DNA from: Minisyncoccota bacterium
Lineage (GTDB): Bacteria; Patescibacteriota; Minisyncoccia; UBA6257; 1-14-0-10-40-38
DNA: 59,243 bases
Reading direction: 5' to 3'
Assembly (NCBI GenBank): GCA_009694925.1
Contig: SIBX01000001.1
Span: forward strand, 1-59,243
The translations under genes and the position numbers were made by a program. This document shows, piece after piece, positions 9,653 through 18,387 of the stretch. Position 1 is the stretch's first letter. The number at the start of each line of letters is the position of its first letter. The notes beneath the pieces were generated by a model that worked only from the letters and a program-made list of their open reading frames with translations, had not been told where the DNA came from and ran no database searches.

Positions 9653-9845
9653 TATATAAAGCCTATAATCCTTAAAAATAAGGGTTCTGTTGTAAAAATC
9701 CCTTATTTTTAAGGATTCTTTATAATTTATAAACTCACAGCTCTTTACAAATTAAATTGACCTTGATATAATATGGAAATGAAGGTTGGGCTTAGAACGT
9801 TATTAATAGTAGCGATAAACCCAGAAAATAATTTAAAATAACTAT

Positions 9846-11867
9846 ATGTTCAAAAAAATTATACTTTTAAATATTGCAATTCTTTCGATATTTTTTATCG
9901 ACTTAAACCAAAACAAAACTCTGGCTTCTTTTCCTGGTTATTGTTCTAGCGAAATTATAATTTTTGCACAAGACATAGATGGAGTTACTCCCGGCAATAA
10001 CAATGATACGGCCATAGTAAATAATAGAAATGGAGCCCGCTTAGCAACAATTAATCAGGTAAGCGATGACTACATAGTTTTTCCGAATGATTATTATATT
10101 AAAGTTTATTCTGGAGAAAGAGCCGTTTACGCTGGAGCTCAAAAAGCCAATTTAACTTTCGAAATAGTAGATAATAATTACGCTCTTTTAAACAGCTATT
10201 CTTTCGGGGTTACAAATTCTAATAGAAAAGAGGTTCAAATTAATCAGGACGGCTACATTCATTTTATTAAAAATTTTAAATCGAATCAGTCTAGTTGGAT
10301 TATAATTTGTCCGAAATCAAACTCAAATCCACCACCAACTTCTAACGGCCAAATTACCTGGAGCCAAATTCCAACTCAATATGTAAATATTGGCAGTGTT
10401 TTGCAATTCAATATTTCGGCCAATAGTTCTATAGGAAAAACAATTTCTTATACTGCCGTTAATCTTGCCCAAGGAGCTTCTTTTGATTCAAATACAATGC
10501 AATTTTCTTGGACACCAACTCAATCTGGAACATATAGCGTAACTTTTAGGGCCAGTGACGGAATAAATTCAACAGACATGACAGTTTCCATAATTGTTAA
10601 TGGAACTACTGGAGGTGGCTGTTATTATAGTTGCAATAATAGTTGTGACTACAACAATAATTATAATTATTCAGGATCTTCTATCCTTGAGCAGTACGAT
10701 ATTTTCGGAATTTTTGGAAATTCAAACAATAATTCAAATTATGGCTGTAATAATAATTGTGGTTATTCTGGAAATTGTAATTATAACGACAATAACAACA
10801 ACGGTTCTTATTATCAGAATTATAATATCTACGCCCCAAATTGGAATATAATTCCAACTCAGACAGGATATGCTGGCCAGCTTTTAAGATTTGTTGTTTT
10901 TGCAACCAGCCAAAACAATTCAAATCTTTCTTATTCAGCCTTTAATCTTCCGTCTGGTGCATCTTTTGATTCCGTAACCAGAACTTTTTCTTGGGTTCCA
11001 GGATTCAATCAGATCGGAACATATCACGCTCTATTTAGGGTTACCGATGGATCTTCCGCTTCTCAAGATATGAACATAACCATAAATATTTTAAATAGTG
11101 GTCAAGCTGCTCCAAGTTTTACAGTTTTTGATCCTCCTCTTACTGGAGTTGAAAATCAATCTTGGACATATACGGCTCAGGCCGTTTCAAACGGCGGAGG
11201 TGGTGTTGTTTATAGATTATTAACCGCTCCAGCCGGCATGACCATTAGCCAAATAGCAGGAACAATTAATTGGATTCCAAATTCTTCTCAAGGAAGACCA
11301 AATCCATATTTAGTTACTGTTGGAGCTTCATCTGGATATGCCGAAGCCACTAGATCATTTTATTTAACCATAGCCGACACAGATGGAAATTATTCAATTC
11401 CATATATTCCTCCTTATCAAGGTTCTGGTTCTGGAATTATTCAAAAACCAAATATCAGCAATATAAATATAAATAATATTGATGGGGGAATAAGAATTTC
11501 TTGGAGCACGGATATTCCGGCCAAAGGAAGAGTTGTTTACGGAAGAGAATCTCAGGCCAATAAAGGGGAGCCATATTCATATTCTAACGCCACAAATTAT
11601 TCAGAAGTTAATAAAGATAATTCTGTAAATTTGACAGGTTTGGAAGATAATAAAACTTATTATTTGAGAATAGTTGCCGACGCCTCTGGCGCAGTTTCCA
11701 CGAGTCAAGAAATAAGTTATGTTTATTTAGCAGCCTCCGGCGCTGGTCTTGGATTTGCCTTAGCGTCTTTAGGTGCTCTTATTGCTAACGGTTGGTTTTG
11801 GCTTATAGCCATCCTAGCTATCGGAATCTTCTATGTTTATCCAAAATTCTCAAAAAAAACTGCTTAA
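9846..11867 (+). CDS. Surface protein with Ig-like (He_PIG/cadherin-like) repeats, FN3-like domain and C-terminal membrane anchor
   Basis: Signal peptide; repeats such as LPSGASFDSVTRTFSWVP and APAGMTI..GTINWIP; LTGLEDNKTYYLRI; C-terminal TM followed by a basic tail. Confidence 0.8.
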   Translation: MFKKIILLNIAILSIFFIDLNQNKTLASFPGYCSSEIIIFAQDIDGVTPGNNNDTAIVNNRNGARLATINQVSDDYIVFPNDYYIKVYSGERAVYAGAQKANLTFEIVDNNYALLNSYSFGVTNSNRKEVQINQDGYIHFIKNFKSNQSSWIIICPKSNSNPPPTSNGQITWSQIPTQYVNIGSVLQFNISANSSIGKTISYTAVNLAQGASFDSNTMQFSWTPTQSGTYSVTFRASDGINSTDMTVSIIVNGTTGGGCYYSCNNSCDYNNNYNYSGSSILEQYDIFGIFGNSNNNSNYGCNNNCGYSGNCNYNDNNNNGSYYQNYNIYAPNWNIIPTQTGYAGQLLRFVVFATSQNNSNLSYSAFNLPSGASFDSVTRTFSWVPGFNQIGTYHALFRVTDGSSASQDMNITINILNSGQAAPSFTVFDPPLTGVENQSWTYTAQAVSNGGGGVVYRLLTAPAGMTISQIAGTINWIPNSSQGRPNPYLVTVGASSGYAEATRSFYLTIADTDGNYSIPYIPPYQGSGSGIIQKPNISNININNIDGGIRISWSTDIPAKGRVVYGRESQANKGEPYSYSNATNYSEVNKDNSVNLTGLEDNKTYYLRIVADASGAVSTSQEISYVYLAASGAGLGFALASLGALIANGWFWLIAILAIGIFYVYPKFSKKTA

Positions 11868-12068
11868 AGATATATCAAAATAAAAAAATCCACGTGGCTC
11901 TTACGGGGATTTTTTTATTTATAAATTATTGACAAAATTTTTTATTGGGAGTAAATTAATATTTAGTACACGATTCGGTGTGTAAGCCGGATCAACAACA
12001 GAGATTCGCAATTCGAGAGAGGGAGGGTTTCTCTTTAGCCCGCTTTTGTGGGCAGAAGGAATTTTCTC

Positions 12069-12584
12069 ATGAAGGCCTTGATGTTGGTTCTGGCGGTGCT
12101 CCTCGTGGGAGCCTCGGCAGGAGCTGTCTCTTCGGCAACGTCGGCGGAACCGACCACTCTGAAGATGGTCGATCCGTTCGTCTCGGCGACCGTCACGGTG
12201 AACGGCGTCGTGGTGGAGGTGGAGTTCGTGGATCTCTCCACGGGCCTCACGCTCACGACGACGAATCCGGCTCTCGTCGCGATGGCTAGCGATTACGTGA
12301 GCGATCCGGATACGTCATCTGCACGCTTCACCAAGGATGTCAGCGACGGCAACGGGGGCAAGAAGAAGGTCGAGATGACCATCACGGTCACCAAGCGATC
12401 CGAAGAGTCCGGCAAGGAATTCCTCAGGCGCTTCGAGAAGCGTTGCGAGGACGCCATCTCTTCTGGTTGGGAGCCCGTCGTCACGCCGACGTCGAACGTC
12501 TACGACTCGAACCGGCCGGTCCTCGACGTCGTCCATCTCTACGACAGGGACGACCCGCCTTCGGACATCGGCAACGCTGTCTGA
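12069..12584 (+). CDS. Secreted orphan protein in a GC-rich islet
   Basis: AAGGA-N8-ATG; MKALMLVLAVLLVGASA signal peptide; promoter TTGACA-17-TAAATT at 11929-11957; hairpin plus T-run at 12590-12637. Confidence 0.75.
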   Translation: MKALMLVLAVLLVGASAGAVSSATSAEPTTLKMVDPFVSATVTVNGVVVEVEFVDLSTGLTLTTTNPALVAMASDYVSDPDTSSARFTKDVSDGNGGKKKVEMTITVTKRSEESGKEFLRRFEKRCEDAISSGWEPVVTPTSNVYDSNRPVLDVVHLYDRDDPPSDIGNAV

Positions 12585-12690
12585 ATGCCGACCCCCACTT
12601 TGCAAGCCAAGACTTGCGAGTGGGGGTCATTTTTTTATTTCATACTTTTTGTTTTTACTCCTACGATATTTTTCTTGGTATAATACATCT

Positions 12691-13179
12691 ATGGATCAAA
12701 AATCAGAAAAATTAGAAATAGCCACCTTCGCCGCCGGTTGTTTCTGGGGAGTTGAAGATAAATTTATGCAGACTAATGGAGTAAAAAACACTGAAGTTGG
12801 TTATACTGGTGGCCATCTTAAAAGCGCAACCTATAAAGATGTTTGCTCTGGCACAACTGGTCACGCTGAGACCGTTAATGTTTATTTTGATCCAAAACTA
12901 ATTTCATATGGAGAGCTTCTAAATATTTTTTGGCTCCTTCACGATCCAACTCAATTCAACCGCCAAGGACCAGATTATGGCAGTCAATATCGCTCGGCAA
13001 TTTTTTATCACGACGAAAATCAGAAAACTTTAGCCGAAAAATCAAAATCTCAACTAGATCAAAGCAATAAATATCCTAAAAAAATAGTCACAGAAATAAC
13101 CAGAGCCACAGAATTCTATAAGGCCGAAGAATATCACCAACAATATATGAAGAAAACCGGTCTTAAGGTTTGTCATTAA
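12691..13179 (+). CDS. msrA: Peptide-methionine (S)-S-oxide reductase
   Basis: FAAGCFWGVE, GYTGG, QYRSAIF, AEEYHQQY. Confidence 0.96.
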   Translation: MDQKSEKLEIATFAAGCFWGVEDKFMQTNGVKNTEVGYTGGHLKSATYKDVCSGTTGHAETVNVYFDPKLISYGELLNIFWLLHDPTQFNRQGPDYGSQYRSAIFYHDENQKTLAEKSKSQLDQSNKYPKKIVTEITRATEFYKAEEYHQQYMKKTGLKVCH

Positions 13180-13202
13180 ACAATAATTAATAACTCAGCA
13201 AT

Positions 13203-13835
13203 ATGGAAATACTTTACTATATAATAATTCTGATTTTTTCGGTAATGGTTCATGAAGTTTCTCACGGCGCTATAGCTTTAAAGTTTGGAGATACTACAGC
13301 AAAAGACGCCGGTAGGTTGACGTTAAATCCCATTAAACACATCGATCCATTTGGCTCCATTATTCTCCCTCTTTTAATGATCCTTCCCAGTGTTCTTAGC
13401 GGAAGACCAATCGGTCCTATATTCGGATGGGCAAAACCAGTTCCGGTAAATCCCTATAATTTAAAAAATCCAAAAAAAGAATATGGCCTAGTTGGATTAG
13501 CTGGTCCTTTAAGTAATTTTCTATTAGCATTAATTTTTGCATTAATTTTTAGACTATCATCAGTTATCGGAATAAATTCAACCCCGCTTCTTAACAGTTT
13601 TCTTTTAATAGTGATGGTAAATATTGGCTTAGCGGTCTTTAATCTTATCCCAATCCCTCCGCTCGATGGTTCCAGCATCCTATTTTCCTTTTTAAGAGAC
13701 GATTCTCCATTAAAGTTATTTCTCTCAAGATACGGATTTATAATCTTATTAGTTTTAATCTTCAGCAATTCAATTAACTTCATCAGCCTAATAATCAGCA
13801 TCCTATTTTCTCTCTTCACCGGTTTAAAGATGTAA
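13203..13835 (+). CDS. Site-2 protease family (M50) membrane metalloprotease
   Basis: HEVSH, AGPLSN and FNLIPIPPLDG motifs. Confidence 0.93.
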   Translation: MEILYYIIILIFSVMVHEVSHGAIALKFGDTTAKDAGRLTLNPIKHIDPFGSIILPLLMILPSVLSGRPIGPIFGWAKPVPVNPYNLKNPKKEYGLVGLAGPLSNFLLALIFALIFRLSSVIGINSTPLLNSFLLIVMVNIGLAVFNLIPIPPLDGSSILFSFLRDDSPLKLFLSRYGFIILLVLIFSNSINFISLIISILFSLFTGLKM

Positions 13836-13912
13836 AAATCAAAGATTTACATCTTTAAACTATGGCCTATCTACTATGGCCTATGGCCTTTTTTTATTGT
13901 AAGATTTATTTA

Positions 13913-14611
13913 ATGAAAAAATATGCCGTTATAATCTATGGCGCTCCCGGTTCCGGCAAAACAATGCAGGCCGATCTTCTCTCTAGAAAATTAGGCATAC
14001 TTCACTTTGATATTGGTCATTTTTTGGAAGACATCTTTAAAGATGAAAATGCTTTAAAAGACGAGAGGGTGTCTGAACAAAAGCACGTTTTTGAGTCCGG
14101 GGGAATGTGCGATCCTCTTTGGATTGTCTCTTTAGTTTCAAAAAGGTTTAAAGAAATAGCCAATTCAGGTTCCAGTTTGATTTTAAGCGGATCTTTACGA
14201 ACAGTTTTAGAAACATTCGGCCACGAAAAGATGAAGGGATTGATAGATATTTTAGAAGAAGGTTATGGTAAAGAAAATATATATTTTTATTTTCTGGATT
14301 CAAAGCCAGAAACCTCAATCAAGAGAAATAAGAATCGTTTAATATGTTCAATTTGTGGAAGACCAGTTTTAGCCGAAGCCTTTAAAACAAAACCAGTAGC
14401 TTGTCCTATCTGCGGAGGCGAGTTAAATACTAGGGCACTTGATAAGCCAGAAATTATAAAAAAGCGCCTTTTAGTTTTTCACTCAGATACTAAGCCGGTC
14501 CTCGAAGAATTAACTAAGCGAGGCTACAAGATAACTCATATAGAAGGAGAGAGAAAGCCTTATGAGGTAGAGGCCGATATTCTAAAAAGTTTGAATCATG
14601 ATAAAAAATAA
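13913..14611 (+). CDS. adk: Adenylate kinase family protein with Zn-binding lid
   Basis: GAPGSGKT P-loop, CSIC/CPIC lid, RALD..; directly upstream of map. Confidence 0.8.
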   Translation: MKKYAVIIYGAPGSGKTMQADLLSRKLGILHFDIGHFLEDIFKDENALKDERVSEQKHVFESGGMCDPLWIVSLVSKRFKEIANSGSSLILSGSLRTVLETFGHEKMKGLIDILEEGYGKENIYFYFLDSKPETSIKRNKNRLICSICGRPVLAEAFKTKPVACPICGGELNTRALDKPEIIKKRLLVFHSDTKPVLEELTKRGYKITHIEGERKPYEVEADILKSLNHDKK

Positions 14612-15350
14612 AGAGGAGATAGAGAAAATAAGAAAGTCTGGCAAAATTTTAGCTGAAGTTCTTAAAATCTTAAAAAAAGAAGCAAAAGTTGGAGTCTCTC
14701 TTTTGCAACTTGATGTACTAGCAAAAAAATCGATTGAATCACTTGGCGGGATCCCTGCATTTTTAAATTATTTTCCATATGGAGCAAAGAAGCCGTATCC
14801 AAATACGCTGTGTGCTTCTTTGAATGAAGTTATAGTTCACGGCGTGCCAACAGATAGAAAGCTAAAGAATGGAGATGTGTTAAAACTCGATCTAGGCGTC
14901 ATCTTTGAAAAGTTTTACTCAGACTCAGCCATAACAGTTGTTATAGGAGAATCCTCAAAGGAAGTCTTAAATTTAATTAAGGCCACAGAGTTAGCCTTAG
15001 TAGGGGGCATTAAACAAGCTAAGTCGGGCAACACCTTGGGAGATATAAGTTTTGCTATTCAATCAGTTGCAAATAAGTATGGCGTATCTGTTGTTCGTGG
15101 GCTGGGTGGTCACGGAATCGGTCTAGATCTTCACGAAGAACCGTTTATAGACAACATGGGCACTTCCGGTAAGGGACTTAAGCTAAAAGATGGTATGGTT
15201 TTTGCACTTGAACCAATGTTCGCCCTTGGTAAGGGAGAAATAAAGATACTTGAAGATGATAGTTATTCAACAATAGACGGGTCAGTCTCTGCTCAATTTG
15301 AACACACAGTTCTGGTTACGAGAAATGGAGGAGAAATCTTAACTAAATAG
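14598..15350 (+). CDS. map: Methionine aminopeptidase type I
   Basis: CASLNEVIVHGVP, DSAIT, GHGIG..LHEEP, SAQFEHT. Confidence 0.96.
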   Translation: MIKNKEEIEKIRKSGKILAEVLKILKKEAKVGVSLLQLDVLAKKSIESLGGIPAFLNYFPYGAKKPYPNTLCASLNEVIVHGVPTDRKLKNGDVLKLDLGVIFEKFYSDSAITVVIGESSKEVLNLIKATELALVGGIKQAKSGNTLGDISFAIQSVANKYGVSVVRGLGGHGIGLDLHEEPFIDNMGTSGKGLKLKDGMVFALEPMFALGKGEIKILEDDSYSTIDGSVSAQFEHTVLVTRNGGEILTK

Positions 15351-15486
15351 ATTATTTAAAACCTCCATCAGATCTTAAGAGTTGTAATGCAGATAGTGCC
15401 TAGCATAATTTGTTTATTGTTTAATATTTAGCGATTTAGAGCATTTGATTATTATTAATACTTGATGTAAAATTCTTACTTAATTT

Positions 15487-15945
15487 ATGGAATACTATTT
15501 AACGCCAGAGAAACTAGGGGAATTGAAAATAGAATTAGAACGGTTGAAAACCGATGCTAGAATTGAAATTTCAGAAAAAATAAAACGTGCCAAAGAATAT
15601 GGCGACTTATCAGAAAACGCAGAATATTCTGAAGCCCGCGATGAACAAGCAGAGCTGGAAAAAAGGATTGCAGAGATGGAAGATTTGATCGGAAACGCCG
15701 TTCTGATAAAAAACGGTCATAATAAAAAAGGGCTAATAGAAATTGGCTCAACTTTTACAGTTTCAAAAAATGGAAAAGAGGCTAAAATGAGATTAGTTGG
15801 TTCAAATGAAGCAGATCCGATTACTGGTTTGGTTTCTAATGAATCTCCTTTAGGAAAGGAATTATTAGGCAAAGGAAAAGGGGATACGGTAACTATTAAG
15901 GCTCCAATGGGAGAGATAAAATACAAGATTTTACAAGTAGAATAA
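15487..15945 (+). CDS. greA: Transcription elongation factor GreA
   Basis: GDLSENAEY, SNESPLGKELLG. Confidence 0.96.
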   Translation: MEYYLTPEKLGELKIELERLKTDARIEISEKIKRAKEYGDLSENAEYSEARDEQAELEKRIAEMEDLIGNAVLIKNGHNKKGLIEIGSTFTVSKNGKEAKMRLVGSNEADPITGLVSNESPLGKELLGKGKGDTVTIKAPMGEIKYKILQVE

Positions 15946-16055
15946 AAAACAAAATAAAAAATTAAATATCTAAAATCAAAATTAGACTCTTGATTGAAAC
16001 TTTTCATTTTTAATTGTCATTTTACATTTTGATCTTTAAACTTTAATCTAATTAT

Positions 16056-17510
16056 ATGGATGCACTTAGAGAAGAAAGAATCAAAAAACTAAATTCACTT
16101 CAGAATGCTGGAATAGACGCATATCCTCCAAGAATAAAAAGAGATTTTGAAATAAATTTAGTTATTTCTGATTTTGATAAATTTATTAAAGCTAAGAAAA
16201 AAATTTCACTAGTCGGGCGCCTAGTCGGCTTAAGAGTTCAGGGGGCATTATTTTTTGCTGACCTCAAGGACGAATCAGGTAAAATACAAATTTTAGGTAA
16301 AAAAGATAATTTAAAAAATTTTGATATTTTTAAAGACACTATAGATATTGGAGACTTTATCGAAGTGTCCGGTATTCCTTTTGTTACAAAAAGAGGAGAG
16401 AAAAGCCTAGAAGCAAAATCTATCAGAATAATAGTTAAAAGCTTGCGCCCAATCCCTTCTGATTGGTATGGGATTTCTGATATTGAGCTAAGATTAAGAA
16501 AAAGATATTTAGATATTTTAGCCAGTGCTGAAATAAAAGAATTATTTAAAAAGAAAAGTATTTTTTGGGCAACTTTCAGAGACGAACTCAAAAAAGAAGG
16601 ATTTTTAGAAGTTGAAACTCCTATTTTAGAAACTACTCCAGGAGGGGCAGATGCAGAACCGTTTAAAACTCATCATAATGCCCTAGACACAGATTTTTAT
16701 TTAAGAATTTCTTTAGAGATTTCTTTGAAAAAATTATTAGTTGCCGGATATGAAAAAGTCTTTGAGATCGGCAGGATTTTTAGAAACGAAGGCATAGACG
16801 CCGAACACTTACAAGACTATACCCAGATAGAATTCTATTGGGCCTATAAAGATTACAACGATTTAATGAAATTCATTGAACCGCTTTATAAGAAAATTAT
16901 AAAAAATACTTTCGGAAGTTTAAAAACTGAATGGCATGGGCAAAAAATAGATTGGGGCAAAAAATGGCCAAAAATTTCCTATTACGATCTTTTTAGAGAA
17001 AAGTTAGGCATCGATTTAGAAAAAGCTTCAACTGCCGACCTAGAGAAGAAAGTCAGAATTTTAAATCTAAAAATAGAGACAAATTCAAATCGCGGAAGAT
17101 TAATAGATGTTCTTTTCAAAACAATTCGCAAAGAAATTATCCAGCCAGTATTTTTAATCGACCAGCCAGCAGAACTTGAGCCATTAGCCAAGCGCAATCC
17201 AGCCTCTCCTCATAAAGTTGAAAGGATGCAGATTATTGCTTGCGGAACAGAGCTTGGTAAGGGATTTTCAGAGGCCAATGATCCGTTAGACCAGCGAGCC
17301 AGATTTGAAGAGCAGATGAAAATGAGGGAAGCCGGAGATAAAGAAGCTCAGATGTTGGACGAAGAGTTTTTAGAAGCTCTTGAATATGGAATGCCTCCAA
17401 CTGCCGGATTTGGTATTTCTGAACGCTTGTTTGCGGTTTTAGCCGACAAACCGATTCGAGAATGTGTATTTTTCCCCTTAATGAAAAGAGCTCCTAAAAA
17501 AGAAGACTAG
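16056..17510 (+). CDS. lysS: Lysine--tRNA ligase (class II)
   Basis: OB-fold N-terminus, GGADAEPF.THHNALD, FRNEGID, YGMPPTAGFG. Confidence 0.97.
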   Translation: MDALREERIKKLNSLQNAGIDAYPPRIKRDFEINLVISDFDKFIKAKKKISLVGRLVGLRVQGALFFADLKDESGKIQILGKKDNLKNFDIFKDTIDIGDFIEVSGIPFVTKRGEKSLEAKSIRIIVKSLRPIPSDWYGISDIELRLRKRYLDILASAEIKELFKKKSIFWATFRDELKKEGFLEVETPILETTPGGADAEPFKTHHNALDTDFYLRISLEISLKKLLVAGYEKVFEIGRIFRNEGIDAEHLQDYTQIEFYWAYKDYNDLMKFIEPLYKKIIKNTFGSLKTEWHGQKIDWGKKWPKISYYDLFREKLGIDLEKASTADLEKKVRILNLKIETNSNRGRLIDVLFKTIRKEIIQPVFLIDQPAELEPLAKRNPASPHKVERMQIIACGTELGKGFSEANDPLDQRARFEEQMKMREAGDKEAQMLDEEFLEALEYGMPPTAGFGISERLFAVLADKPIRECVFFPLMKRAPKKED

Positions 17511-17617
17511 CCCCAGTCTTCTTTTTTAATCTTGACAATATATTGATTTAGGGAATAAAATTATGTTCTATGCGTCAAAAGGTGGCGCAAAGACAGACTT
17601 TGGTTTGGGAGATAGAA

Positions 17618-17872
17618 ATGTCTGGAAGGAAGAAGGCGGTTGGTCCAGTTGAGTCTGGGGAGACACAAGAAAAAGTCCGCAAGATCAGTTCGTGTAGGCT
17701 TTGTGAGGGAACCGGCAAGGTTCCTCTCCGTTGCGGTGGCAAGTCTGAATGTGCTTGCACTTCTTCGACTAACAAGTCGAAGCGCGCTGCACTCAATCCG
17801 AGACACCTTTCTCTGACTACTCGTGGGGCGAACTTTCACGCCCTGCAACGCGAACGTAGCCACCCGTCCTGA
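17618..17872 (+). CDS. Basic orphan microprotein with CxxCxGxG zinc-finger motif in a GC-rich islet
   Basis: GGGAGA-N5-ATG at 17618; CRLCEGTGKV...CGGKSECAC; promoter TTGACA-18-TAAAAT at 17532-17561; hairpin at 17899-17930. Confidence 0.6.
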   Translation: MSGRKKAVGPVESGETQEKVRKISSCRLCEGTGKVPLRCGGKSECACTSSTNKSKRAALNPRHLSLTTRGANFHALQRERSHPS

Positions 17873-17951
17873 TCTGATATCTGTCTTTCAAGAAGTTCCA
17901 GCCCGGCTTTCCGAAAAGGAAGCCGGGCTGTATAATTGATAAGTACCTCTT

Positions 17952-17978
17952 GTCATCCCCGAGACATCGGGGATCCAG
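17952..17978. repeat. Short palindromic element GTCATCCCC-N8-GGGGATCCAG
   Basis: ATCCCCGA/TCGGGGAT stem; same geometry as the ATTCCC-N8-GGGAAT (dRS3-type) palindrome. Confidence 0.55.
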
Positions 17979-17998
17979 TCAAAAAATCAATTCAAAAA

Positions 17999-18382
17999 AT
18001 GAAAAAAGTTATGGTGTTTGGCGATTTTGACGGCCTTCACGAAGGCCACAGATTTTTTCTCCAGAGTGCGAAGAAATATGGAAATTATTTAATAGTCGCC
18101 GTTTCTCAAGATCATATTATTAAGCATTTAAAAGGCGAATATCCTATTAAAAATTTTGCCGAACGCTTTGAGCACTTAGAAACCTACGATGAGGTAAATC
18201 AAGTTGTCATAGGCGATCCAGAAAACTCCCCGATTAATTTGATAAAAAAATATAATCCCGATATAGTTGTCTTATCTAAAAATCAGGATTTTTTAAAAAA
18301 AGAAATTGAACACAATTACGAAAATTTTTCCAAAAAGATTGAATTAAAAACCGTAGATACCGGCGAAATAAAAATTTATTAA
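17999..18382 (+). CDS. Cytidylyltransferase-like nucleotidyltransferase (RibL/TagD-like)
   Basis: VFGDFDGLHEGH (HxGH), YLIVAVS, PDIVVL. Confidence 0.85.
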   Translation: MKKVMVFGDFDGLHEGHRFFLQSAKKYGNYLIVAVSQDHIIKHLKGEYPIKNFAERFEHLETYDEVNQVVIGDPENSPINLIKKYNPDIVVLSKNQDFLKKEIEHNYENFSKKIELKTVDTGEIKIY

Positions 18383-18387
18383 TCATT

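Noticed and set aside
10594..10851. Ile-rich hydrophobic 85-aa ORF
   Set aside because: Frame-shifted reading of the AAT/TAT-rich low-complexity tract inside the surface protein gene
13913..15350. adk-map detached from the secY/ribosomal protein operon
   Set aside because: Gene-order shuffling of this kind is common and not informative on its own
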